A DNA stretch of 64,000 bases, from the NCBI GenBank assembly GCA_014905635.1, contig JABVCE010000002.1:1426001-1490000 (forward strand), written 5' to 3'. This stretch comes from Scenedesmus sp. PABB004. Its lineage: Eukaryota. The notes beneath the pieces were generated by a model. The model did not search any database. It saw only the letters and a program-made list of their open reading frames with translations, and was not told the origin of the DNA. The first letter of the stretch is position 1, and each line of letters starts with the position of its first letter. Below, piece by piece: positions 1 to 11,406 of the stretch. The position numbers and the translations under genes are program-made.

Positions 1-1541
1 GCGCGTCGGGCGCGCGGGCGGCGGCTGCGCCCGCCCCGCGCAGGCGCGCGCCGTCCCCCTGCGCGTGGCCGGGCGCGCGCGCGCGTTGGGCGGTGAGCGG
101 CCTGGCGCCGGCGGCGGCCAGGGCGCGCGGTCGCCGGCCGGCCCGCTCTCACCTGCGCGCGCAGCGCGGAGGCCGTGCCCGGCGCCGCGCCGCCGCCGGC
201 CGACTGCGCCTGCAGCCACTTGATGATCTTCTGCTGCTGCGCCACCTGCTCCTCCAGCTCCGCGCAGCGCGCGCGCAGCTCGTGCAGCTCGTGCGCGGCG
301 CCGCCGGCGCCGGGCGACGACCGGGGCCCGCGCCCGCCGGCCGTCAGCTCGGCGCGCAGCGCGGCGATGAGCCTGTCGTCGTTCTGCGTCTTGCCCAGCA
401 CGACCGCGAGCTTCTCCTTCAGCACACACACCTCCGCCTCGAGCACCTTGCGCCGGCTGCTCGCGCCGGTGGCCTGCAGGGGCAGCGCACACGCGCCGTG
501 AGCTCGAGGGGCCGCCCACGCGTGGCGCACGCGCCCCTGCACCACAGTCGCCGTGCCCGGCCGCGCGCACCGCACCTGCAGCCGCAGCGCCTCGGCGGCG
601 CGCTGCGCCGCCTCCAGCTCGGCCGCCATGCGCTCCATCTCTGCGCCGCGCTCCTTGTTGAGCCGCCCGATCACGCTGCGGTGCGCGCTCTCGTGCTTGG
701 CCAGCGACCCAGCGACGCCGCCGCCACCGCCGCCGCCGCCTGGCCCGGCGCCGGTCGTGGGCGCGCCGCCCGCGGCGGCGAGCGCGTCGCGCAGCTGGCG
801 CACGGTATCGCGGAGGTGCACGATCGTCTCTCGCCGGCCCTTCCAGTCGCTGCCCTCGTCGACGACCTTGGCGAGCGGCACGTCGTCACCGACCTCACGC
901 GACAGCGCGCGGGTGAGCTTGCGGACCTCGCCCTCCAGCAGGAACACCTTGGCCTCCATCTGGCCCTGCTTGTTGGTCATCTGCTGCAGCTGCTGCCGCG
1001 CGGCCGCGAGCTCGCGCGCCTCGCCGCCGTCGCCCTCGCCGGCCTCGCGCCGCTGCGGCGGCGGGTGCAGAGTGAGCGCGGCTGCGCAGCGCAGAGGCCG
1101 CGGCAGCATGCGAGCGCGCAGGGGGACCCACCGCGCCGCCCTCCTTGGCGCCCGTCGCCGCCGCCGCCTCTGACAGCGCCTGCTGTAGTTTTGCCACCTT
1201 GTGCCGCTCCTTCTCCAGCGACAGGTTGAGCGCCCGGTTCTGCGCGGGGCGGCGCGCTGGCTGGCCACGCGCGCGCGCGACGTGCTCGGCCCGCGCAGCG
1301 GGCGCGCACCTTTTTGGACAGCTCGATGACCTTGGCGGCCTGCACGTCCGCGGACTGGAGCTCACCCGCGGCGTCTGCAATCTCCCGCAGCGCCACGACC
1401 TCCGCCTCGCGCTGCGCCAGCTGCGCGCGCACGGCCTGCAGCTGCGCGCGGCGGCGTGTGGGCCGCGGCGCGTGCGCCTCAAGCTGCTGGGCGCGGACAG
1501 GGCGTGCGTGCGCGCACCTGGTGCGCTGCGTCGGCCTCCAT
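1..1541 (-). CDS. CCDC13: Coiled-coil domain-containing protein 13-like (centriolar/ciliary); multi-exon, 3' end lies beyond the window
   Basis: Exons stitched across GT-AG introns: MEADAAHQ...AAKVIELSKK|NRALNLSLEKER...KLTRALSREVGDDVPLAKVVDEGSDWKGRRETIVHLRD. This resembles the CCDC13 motifs KIVELSKKNR and WRGRAQQI. Confidence 0.7.
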
Positions 1542-2047
1542 CGCTGCAGCAGCGGCGGTCAACGCGCGCCGCTCCGGCCGGCGGTGGCCGCCCCGCTCGG
1601 TCGCTTTTGAACGGTGGATGTGCGCGTTGGGGGTGACCGCAGCGTGTCGGCGGCGCGCGCGAGCTCCGCGGCGGCCAGGCGGGCGGGCAGGGCTCGGGGC
1701 GCGGCGGCGGCGGCGCACGGCCCCAAGAGGCGCAGCGAGCTCACGTCCCGCTCCACGCACTCCACCAGCCGCCGCTCGCGCACTCCACGCACCAAGCCAG
1801 TCGCCAGCCCGAGAGCGCTGCCGGCAGCAGCCCGCCGCCGCTGCCTCTCATTCGGCAGCGCCTGCGCCCGGCCTCCACGCGGCACGCCCGCCCCTGCTTG
1901 GGCGCGCCAGCTCACCACCGTCAGGGGGCTCCTCTCCTCGCCGCAGCCCCGCCAGCTTGGGCGCCGCGCCGCGCCGCGCCGCCGCGCCGCGCCGGCAGCG
2001 GCGCTGCTCGGCTCCGCGTGCACGTGCGGCGCACGTGCGGCGGCGCC

Positions 2048-2642
2048 ATGTCGCAGCACTGGATCTACATCAACTCGGCCGGCTACCGCCGCTTCGTGGC
2101 GGCGAGCAAGGAGAAGCCCTGGCTGCTCTGGGGCGCGCTGGCGGGCCTCGCCGGCGCGGGCGTGGTTGCCGGGCGCGCCGCGATGCACGCGACCAACCCC
2201 CACTCCGAGGAGGAGGGTTACAAGAGCAAGGACGACGAGCTCGCCAAGCTGCCCCTGCACTCGCAGGCGCGCCGGGCGCACGCGCGCGCGGGCACGCCGG
2301 GCGCGGCGCGGCGCAGCGCCGCCGCCGACGCTGCCCCGCTGACGATGGCAGCGCCATCGTGCCGCCGCAGCTGGTGGCGCGCAAGAATCGGGAGCAGCTG
2401 CGCGCGATGCTGCTGGACGTGCAGGCGGGCACCGACAAGGCCCGATACGCAGACCTGCTCAAGTGAGGCGGGACGGGGTTGGGGCTGCAGCGCTGCGCCG
2501 CGACGTGGGCGCGCCAGCGGCGGCGGCGGCGGCGGCGGCGCGCGCGCAGCAGCAGCCCACGCGCCCGCCCGCCCTCCGCCGCAGCGGCCGCATCCACAAC
2601 ACGCCGCACGGCACGTCGATGCCGGAGCCGCCGCCAAAATGA
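2048..2642 (+). CDS. Small uncharacterised single-TM protein (about 120 aa, 3 exons)
   Basis: ATG 2048; MSQHWIYINSAGYRRF...PWLLWGALAGLAGAGVVAG...LPLHSQ|LVARKNREQLRAMLL...ADLL|NGRIHNTPHGTSMPEPPPK*. GC-AG intron 2267-2370, GT-AG intron after about 2462, TGTAA at 2964. Confidence 0.75.
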
Positions 2643-2963
2643 GGCCGCGTGGCCGAGTGGCCGAGCGAGCACCCGCACCATCAGAGAGCCGGCGCGGGCC
2701 GGCGGCGGCGAGAGGAGGCCCTCCCTTTCCATCCCGCGCTGCCCGCCATGCTGGTGCTGGGCGCCCGTGCGGCGGCGCCGGGCGCCAGCGGCGCCAGCGG
2801 TGTCGGCAGGGCCGCGCGCCGGCGCGCGGCGCCGGCGCTCGTCGCCCGGCACGCGGCTGGCCGCCGCCGGGCGCAGTGCGCCGGGCGACCTGCGGAGCGC
2901 GCACGGCGGCGCGCCGCCGGGCGGCAAAGCCCTGCAGCCAGCCCGCGCGGCGGGCTGTGCAGT

Positions 2964-2968
2964 TGTAA
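2964..2968 (+). promoter_or_regulatory. TGTAA polyadenylation signal (chlorophyte type)
   Basis: TGTAA about 320 nt downstream of the stop at 2642, in an AT-richer patch. Confidence 0.6.
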
Positions 2969-3241
2969 CCCCCACGTGACGCGCTGCTGAACCCCGCCGC
3001 GCGAACGCTGGAACCGCGACCGACCTGCCCGCCGGCGTCAGCCCCTAAGCCCCCCACGGCAGGGCCGGCCGAGGACTGTGCTGCCCGTGCGTCTCAGCGC
3101 AGCGGCGCGCGCACAACCGTCAGCAGCAGCGCCGCCCCGGGCACTGTGCTGCTGCCAGCGTCGCCGCGCCCCAGCCCGCCGTGAGGCGCCGCCGTGCGTG
3201 GCGCTCGTGCGCTTGGGAAGCGTGCCTGCGGCCGGTCGGCC

Positions 3242-4866
3242 ATGGGCGCCCAGCGGCAAGCGCTGGGCGCGGTCCTGCGCCTCGCGCGCGCGCAGCAGCG
3301 CGCGCCGTGGGCGCTGGGCGCCTGCGCGGCCCAGGCAGGCCCCTGGGCAGGCGGCGCCAGCTGGGCGCGGCCTGGCTGGCGGCACGGCGGCGGCAGCAGC
3401 GGCTGGCGCGCCGACGGCCGCGCGGGCCTGCACACCGAGGGCGCGAGCGTGCAGAACCTGCTGGACGTGAGGGGGCGCCGCGCCGGCGCGGGTGGATGGC
3501 CGGCCGCAGCAAACGGGCGCGGCGGGGCCCGGGGGCGCGCGCTTGACCGCGGCTGCGCCTGCCTGCCCGCCGCCGCCGCAGAGCATGCAGGCGGTGAAGC
3601 TGCGCGACAGCCTCGAGGTCGCCGCGGACAGCCGGCCCTTCATGTCTTACCCTGAGCTCTTGGACTTCATCATCCACCAGTGCGGCGCGGCGGGGGGGGG
3701 GGCGCAGCACAGCGCGCTCGCGCGGCCGATGCCGGCACGCGGCGGGCGGCGCCGTCACTGCCCGCGGCGCGGCCGCAGCAGCGGCCCGACGGCCGCGCCG
3801 CCGCCGCCGCCGCGCGCGCCCGCGCGTGCGCAGCGGCGCCGCCGACACGCCGGACGAGGCGCACAAGCGCGCCGACGCGCTGGTGCACGCGGGCGTGGTG
3901 CTGCGGTTCAATGGCATCGTCTACCTCAAGCCCCAGGAGGTCGCGGAGCTGGTCTACCGGGTGAGTGAGCAGCCGTCGGCGCAGCAGCAGTGGCAGCAGC
4001 GGGCGCCGCAGCAGTGGCAGCAGCGGCGGCGGCAGCAGCGGCGGCCGCAGCGGGGGCGGCCGGGGCGCGGCAGCTGCCGCGCTGGCGGCCTGGCGGCTGG
4101 CGGCGCGGGGCGAACCGCTGCACGCCTGCGCGCCCGCAGGTGCTGCCGACCGACCCCGCGCACGCACAGCGCAACCTGGTGGCGATCGAGGCGGAGCTGG
4201 CGGCGATGGAGAAGCAGCACAAGGCGCTGCGCAGCACCGCGCAGCGCTGGCCGCGCTTCTGGCTCTGGGCCGGCTGCGGCGTGCTGACGCTGCAGGTCGT
4301 GGCGTTCGCGTACCTCACGTGGTGGGAGCTGGTGCGTGCGCCGGCGCTGCCGGCCGCCGCCACGGCCACTGCCGCCGCCCGCGCTGCCCGCCGCTGACGC
4401 CGTCGCTCGCCGCCACCGCCGCCGCCGCCAGTCGTGGGACGTGATGGAGCCGATCGCGTACATGCTGTCGCTCACGTACAGCCTCCTCGCGTACGTCTAC
4501 TTCCTGGTGCGGGGGAGCTACTTTGACTACGGGCCGTTTGAGGAGACGATGACGCAGCAGCAGCTGGTGCGCCGGCGCACGCGCGCGCGCGCGCGCGCGG
4601 CGGGGCAGCTGCAGCGGGCCGGCGGGACGGCGGCGCGCCGGCGCCCCGGGCAGCTCAGCGCGCCGCGCCGTGCCGCTCTCTCTGCGCGCGCCGCGCAGGA
4701 GAAGAAGATGGCTGAGAAGGGCTTTGACCTCGACCGCTTCCAGCACCTGCTGCGCACGCGCGAGCGCTACCGTCGCTACCTCTCGCGCGCCGGCCCGGGC
4801 GGCGGCGGCGGCGAGGCCGGCGCCGGCGAGCACTTCTTCACGCCCGCCAAGGCCAAGGCCGCGTGA
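3242..4866 (+). CDS. MCU: Mitochondrial calcium uniporter
   Basis: Arg/Ala-rich N-terminal presequence, then a coiled coil, TM1 (FWLWAGCGVLTLQVVAFAYLTWWEL), the selectivity filter SWDVMEPIAY, TM2 and a FDLDRF tail. Confidence 0.92.
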
Positions 4867-5359
4867 GCGGGCGCGCGGGGGCGCGGCGTGGCGCGTGCCC
4901 CGTGGCGCGCGCCCGTGGCTGCACTCGCGACTCCGCCACGACCCCGGCGCGGAGCGCGGCGCACGAGTGTATTGCCCTTGGCTGTGTGCGCAGCTGGGTG
5001 GGAGCTTAGCAGCTTAACTGGCTGGGGCGCCGGGGGCGGGGCGCATGCCCGCGGCGCGCTCAGCGGGCGTGGCGGCAACCCCGCTCTTTGCCCGTCAGGC
5101 GCCGATGCCGCGCGCAGCAGGCAGGCGCGTGCAGAGCGCCTGGCAAGAGTGACACGGGCGATCACGGAAGGCGGAAGGGGAGGAGGTGCCGTAGCGACGC
5201 TGTTCAGGCCGCCGCCGCCGCCCCGCGAGCGGTCAGTCCCTGGCCGTTCCGCGGGCACACCGCCACAGTCGCTGCGCGATCGTGGGCCTCTGCCAGCGTC
5301 CCGAGCGGCCTCGCCACGACTGCCGAAACTGAGCAGCACCGGGCCGCGCCTCGCGCGAC

Positions 5360-7567
5360 ATGGACGAGCTGCGGGAGCTGCTCGCTCAGACGCCACTGAG
5401 CCGCATCGTCGGCCAGCAGGAGATCGGTGAGACGCGGCCGCCGCCGGGCGCGCCGCCGCTGCTGTGCTGGCGCCCACCCCCGCGCGCGCCGCGGCCACCC
5501 CGCGGCGCGCCAGTGCTGCTGGAGCACAACCAGAGCGTGGCCGACGCGCTCAAGGTGGGGCGCGATCGGGGCCGCGCGCGCCGATGCCGGGCGCCGCTGC
5601 CGAGCGCCGCCGCTGCCGCGCGCCGCCGCTGCCGCGCGCCGCAGCTGCTCGCGCGCCACCACATCCTCTCGGCGCCGCTCGTGGTCAACCCGGGCCTGGA
5701 GGATGTCGAGGGCATGGCGCCAGGCGAGTCGGCGAGCCCGCAGCTCCTCGGCTGGCTGGACGTCAAGGACATCATCCGGGCCTTCCTCGCCTGTGAGCCG
5801 CGGCGGCGGCAGCGGCGGCGGCGGCGGCGCTGGAGGCAGCGGCGGCGGCGGCGGCGCTGGAGGCAGCGGCGGCGCCGCGTGCACGCGCGACCAGACGTGC
5901 GCCCGCCCGCCCGGCCGCGCGTGTCATTGCCCAGACCTGCACGAGCACAAGGCCAAGCTGCCCAGCAACATGCTCGCACTCATGACCGAGCTGGAGCAGC
6001 AGGGGCCCCACTTTGCGGCCAAGACGCTCATCACTGTGCTGGGTGCGCCACGCGCCGCGCTGCACGCGCAGGGCTCGCGCCCGCGCCGCCGTGGCCGCGC
6101 GCGCCGACGCGGCCGCGCCCGGCGACGCGGCCGCGCCCCGTGCGCGCGCCGCCGCGCCGCGCCGCCGCGCCGCAGGCAGCGAGGACCGCGGCCTGGTGTA
6201 CCAGACCGACGCGGAGGCCTCGGTGCTGACCGCGATACGCGACATGTTCCTCGGCCGGCAGCCGGGCGGGCGCGTGGTGCACCGGCTGGCCATCTTTGAC
6301 GACCACGGCGAGATCACTCACATCGTCAGCCACGTCGACGTGCTGCGGTGGGTGCGCCGCCGCACGGCGCGGGCCGCGCCGTGGAGGCGGCGGCGCGGCG
6401 CGGGCCGCGGGCGCGCGGGCGGCAGCGGGCGCGGAGGGCGCGCGGCCGAGCCCGCCCCGCCCCGCCCCGCGCCGCCGCGCCGCGCTGGCCGCAAAACCGC
6501 CGCAGCTTCCTGCTGAAGCACAAGGTGCACCTCGGCGCCGCGGCGGGGCAGACGCTGCGCGAGCTCGGGCTCGTCGCGCCGGAGCGCGGCGCGCGCGTGG
6601 TCGTGCTCGAGCCGCACACGCCCGCGCTGCTCGCGTACGAGCGCCTCGCCGCGGCGGGCGTGACGGGCGCGCCCGTGCTGTCCACCGACGGCGAGCTGAT
6701 CGCCAACCTCAGCGTCTCCGACATCAGGTGCCCCCGCGCCGCCAGCCCGCGCCCGGGCCCGCGCCGGCCGCCCGCCGACGCCGCCGCCGTCGCCGTCGTC
6801 GCCGCCGCCGCCGCCGCCGCCGGCCGCCGCAGAGGGATCCAGCCGGACCACCTCGGCGTGCTGGCGCTGCCGGTCGCGGAGTGAGCCGGCCGCGCTGGGG
6901 CGGCTCGCTCGCCGCGCGCCCGCCCGCGCCTCACCCGCTCTCGGCCGCCCGCGCCTCGCGCCCCCGCGCCGCGCGCGCGCCGCCAGGTTCCTGGCGGTCA
7001 AGCACGGCACGAGCTACCTGGGCTACTCCCAGCACGGCAGCAGCGCCGCGCACCCCTTCTTCGCGTCGCGGCGGCACGCCGCCGCGGGCGGCATGCGCGC
7101 GCCGGGGGCCGACGCCGCCGACGCCGACGGCGCGCGCGCCGCCGCTGCTGGCGGCGGCGGCGGCGACGACGTCCCGCTCATCACCTGCGCCGCCGACGCG
7201 ACGCTGCTCGAGGTGGGGGCCGCGCCGCCGCGCCGCCGCCGCGCCGCCGCGGCTGGCCGTCGTCGGCCGGCCCTGATGCCGGGCGCCGCGGCGCTGCCTG
7301 TCTGTTCACAGGTGCTGACCACGATGTGTGACAACGTGGTTCACCGCGTCTATGTGCGCGAGCCGGGGGCCAAGCCCCACGAGGTCGTCGGCGTGGTGCG
7401 TGCGCGCCCGCGGCGGCGCGGCGGCCGCGGTGCGCCCGGCGCGCGCAGTCGGCGCGGCTGAGCGCGTGCGGCGCGGCGCGCAGGTGACGCCCACCGACAT
7501 TCTCACGCTGCTGGCGAGCCTGGGCGAGTGGGGCGGCGGCGAGGCCGGCGAGAAGATGGAGGGCTAG
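5360..7567 (+). CDS. CBS-domain protein (SnRK1/AMPK gamma-like, KING1/SDS23-like)
   Basis: Repeated CBS motifs: VADALKLLARHHILSAPLV, VHRLAIFDDHGEITHIVSHVDVLR, VTGAPVLSTDGELIANLSVSDIR, VHRVYV...VVGVVTPTDIL. Stop TAG at 7567. Confidence 0.85.
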
Positions 7568-7866
7568 CTGGCGCGGGGTCGGGGTGCTGGTGAGTCAGTC
7601 AGGCAGGGGTTGGTGCGCGTTTGCGAGGAGCGCTCGGCGCGGCGACGCGCGGGGCGGCGTGGGTTGTCGTTATCGTTGGGCCGGGCGCGGCTGCCGCTGC
7701 CGGGCTGGCGGCCGGCGGCGCGCGGCAGGGTAAGCGGCGGGACGACCTCGCCGAGGGCGGTGACGCCGATGCCGGCACGCCCAGCAGCCCGCCGCGCCCC
7801 GCCCGCAACAGCTCACAACGCGCCGCCACGCCCCGACCCGACCCGCTCCAACAGCTCGCGCGCGCC

Positions 7867-10800
7867 TCACGGCGGGGGCGACGGCGCGGCTCCGGGCACC
7901 CGGCCGTCGCCACCGCGCCAGGCGCAGCTCACTCCGCCCTCAAAACCCCAGACGTGCCCTGCCGCGTCGGGCCGGGCCGCGTCGCCCTGGGGCAGCGCGG
8001 CGCAGGGCGGCGCCTCGTCCCAGCCGCGGTAGGCGCAGCTGCGGCCGCTCTCAAAGCCCCACAGCCGACCCGCCCCGTCTCGCGTCGCCGCCACGCCCGT
8101 GGGCTTGGCGACGCAGGCGGGCGCGCCCTCCCAGGTGCCGGTGGGGTAGGCCGCGACCTCCGCCGGCGTCGGCGCCGGCGCAGGCACGGGCAACGGCGGA
8201 GGCGGAGGCGGCGGCGGAGGCGGCGGCGAGGGGCTCGGGCTCGGGCTGAGACTTGGGCTGGGGCTTGGGCTTGGTGGTGCGGGCGCCGGCGCCGGCGACG
8301 CCGGGCGAGCTGCAGCCACGGCGGCCGGCTGCGACGCGGCCGGCGTTGGGCTCGCTGGCGCCTCGACGGCAGCGCCGTCGAGGCTTCCGGGGCTGGCAGG
8401 CGCCGGCGATGCCTGGGCTGACGCCGGCGCCGCACCGGGGCTGGATGCCGGTGCAGGCGGCGGGCTGCGCGCAGCCAGGCCGGCCGGCGCCGGCAGCGCA
8501 GTGCTGCCGTTGGCCGCCGCGCTCAGGGGCGACGGCGACCGGGGCGCCTGAGCTGTGGCGTTGCCGCCGCTCGGGGGCATGGGGCTCGGGCTGGGCTGTG
8601 CGGGCACCCCGCCAGGTGCCGGGCTGGCCAACTTGTGCTGCTGCGCCGCCAGCCGCACCGCACGCTGCGCCGCACGCTGCGTCGCCAGCTGCGCTGCCCG
8701 CTGCTGCTCCGCCGCCAGCTGCGCCTTGCGCTGCAGCGCCGCGGCCTGCTGGAACTCGGCGCGCGCCGCCAGCGCGGCGGCCCGCGCCGCCAGCACCTCC
8801 TGCCGCGCGAGCCGGCCGGCGGCCTCGCGCGCCAGGCCCGCGAGCTGCTCCACCGTGGCGCTCGCGTTGCTCCGGCCCGCGAGCGCGCCCGCGGCCGCCG
8901 CCAGCGCCGGCAGCTGCGCGGCGACCGCGCCGGCGCCGCACTGGCCCGCCAGCCGCTGCGCCGCGCCCGCGAGGGCCACGAGGTCGCCCACGACCGCCAG
9001 GAAGTCGGCCTGGCCCGCCGCGCTGTCGGCCGCCTGGCCGAGGTGGTCCGACACATTGAGGCCGTTGACGAGCGCGTTGGCGGCCCGCACGCTCGCCTGG
9101 ATCGCCGGGTCCGCGTAGCTCTCCCCCGCCTCGGGCGACGAGGGGTGCACGCCGTGCAGGTCCCTGCGGCGCGTGCGCGGTGCGTCGGCTGCCGCGCGCG
9201 CGGGGCGCGCTGACTGGCCGGCCCTGCCCGCCCTGACCCGCCGCCCCCTGCCGCACGTCGCGCCTCGCGCCGCGCCGCGCCGCGCCGCACCACGAGCCCG
9301 ACGACCAGACAAACACGCCGTCGATGCGATACTGCGGCCCGCCGCCGGCGGCCGCCCAGCCGGCGAGCACCTCGTACAGGCGGCGTCGGTACGCTGCATA
9401 CGCCGGCACCTTCCAGGGGTCACGCGCGGCGTCGTAGCCGGGCGGCGAGCCGGCGTAGGGGTGCGCGCGGACGTAGTCGAGGCTGCCGGGGACGCGCTCG
9501 GCCGAGTCGGCCGCGTACCCGCCCAGGCCCTGCTCGGTGCAGATGAGGCGCTTGCGCTGCGGGCCGACCAGGCGGCGCAGGTCGATGCCAAACGGCGACA
9601 GCTCAAACGCCAGGTTGCGCAGCGGCGCCTCCATCGCCGCGGGGCCGAGCTCCAGCGGCAGCGGCGCGTAGCAGGAGACGCCGATGAAGTCTGCGGTGGG
9701 CGCACGTGATGGCGGGCGACGGCGCGCGGCCGCCGCGCGTCGCCGGCCGCCCGCCAGCCCGGCGGGCGCCCGGCTGGGGCGCCGCGCGGCGCGCCGCCGC
9801 GCAGCGCGCACCTGAGGCGTCGAGCAGCGCCCGCATGCCCGGCACGTCGACCGAGGCGAGGCCGCCGGCGGCGCGGAAGCGGTCAAAGCGTTCGAGGTAG
9901 GTCGCATTGTAGACCGCGGGGTCGCGCTCCTCCGGCTCCACGCAGGCGCAGACCTTGTTGTAATTGAACGAAACGCCGTAGGCGTGCCGCGCGGGGTCCT
10001 TGCCGCTGCGGCGGCGGCGGCCGGGGCGGGGCGGCTCGCGCGCCGCCAGGGGCGGCTGCCCGCGCTGCGCGGCGGCGGCGGTGGCAGCGCAGCGCGCCGC
10101 CCAGGCGCTGATGTTCCCCACCGCGCGCTGACGCTCCGCGCCGTCTGCAGCAGCGCCAGCCACTCGCGGGGGAAGCTCCACGTGCTGAGTCCCATCTCGC
10201 CGGCGACCGCAAACTCGACCGCCGTGTCGTTGGACGTCGCGGCGGCCAGCGCGGCCGCCGCCGGCAGCAGCATCGTGTCGGCGTAGGAGAACGAAGCGGC
10301 GGGTTCGGGTCCGAAGCGCATGGCCGGGTGCAGGCGCACCACGTTGCGCCACAGCGAGCGGTCGTGCAGCCGCCCCCGGATCACGTTGGCGTGGCCCACG
10401 ACATGAAGCGTGGTGAAGCCTGCGGGCCGCGGCCGCGGTGCGCTTGTCCGCACGGCGGCGTGCGCGCGCGCGCGCCGGCCGCCAGCGCGCGCGGCCGAGG
10501 CGGCGCGCCCGCGCCGCGCACCCGCGTCGACGGCGGCGCGGAAGCAGCGGGTCAGGCCGGCCTGCCAGTCCGCGATCACGGCGGCGGCGGCGGGCACAAA
10601 CTGGCCGCGCGAGTCCTTGTAGTAGTAGCGTGTCGCGTTGGGCACGTTGCCGTTCCACACCTGGCCGTTCCCGCGCGGTCAGCGCAGGGCCTCAGCCGGC
10701 TCCCGCGCGGGCAAGGCCCCGGGCGCCGCGCGGCCGCGCACCGTGAACACGGTCAGCACAAAGCTGACCTTGCGCGCGTTAAAGCCTGCGCTGCGCGCGA

Positions 10801-11089
10801 TCGCGACCTCGCAGGGCGCGGGGCCGCCGTCGGGCGCGCGCGCCATGTCTGCCAGCGCGTAGATGAGGACGCTGCTGCTGATCTCCGTGCCCCCCGCCGG
10901 CGCCGCCGCGGGGGCGGCGGCGGCGACGATGCTGCGTGCGGCAGCCAGCGGCGGCGCAGCGACGTGGGCACGCCTGCTGCCGCCAACGTCGCTGCGCCGC
11001 CTGCCCCTCCCAATCCCGCACCAGGGGCACTGCGTGGAGCAGATCAGGAGCGCGGCGGCGAGCAGGGGCGGCAGCGCGGGGCGCGCCAT
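7867..11089 (-). CDS. Secreted glycoside-hydrolase-like (TIM-barrel, clan GH-A-like) protein with coiled coil, Pro/Ser linker and two CBM10-like repeats
   Basis: Signal peptide MARPALPPLLAAALLICS; motifs VSFVLTVF, WRN, AVAGEMG, FNYNK, DFIGVSCYAP, ICTEQGLGG, WSSGSWD; an SP/polyPro linker; two C-terminal W..AP.C...D..G..WGFE.G.SCA.R repeats. Confidence 0.65.
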
Positions 11090-11406
11090 CGCCGCCGCGG
11101 TTGACTTTCCGCCTGGGCGCCCCCTGATCCCGGCGCCGCTCGTGGAGGCTCCCGAGGTTCGATCTTTCTCGTCGGCAGCGCAGCGCTCGCTGTTGCGGCA
11201 CGGCCGCAGAGAGGTGGGCTGCGCGGCGCCGCTCGCTCGCCGCCGCGCCGGCTGTGTGCAGCCCGTGGCGTGGGCAGCGCTCATGCGCGCGGATCGGGAG
11301 GCCTTGAGACCAGGGCGCGCCCCCTGTCAGCTGTGCCGGCGTGCCTGCCGCTCTTCCGCCGCGCGCCAGCGCGGCTGGCGGCGCCGCGTGTTGCCGCATG
11401 CGCGGC

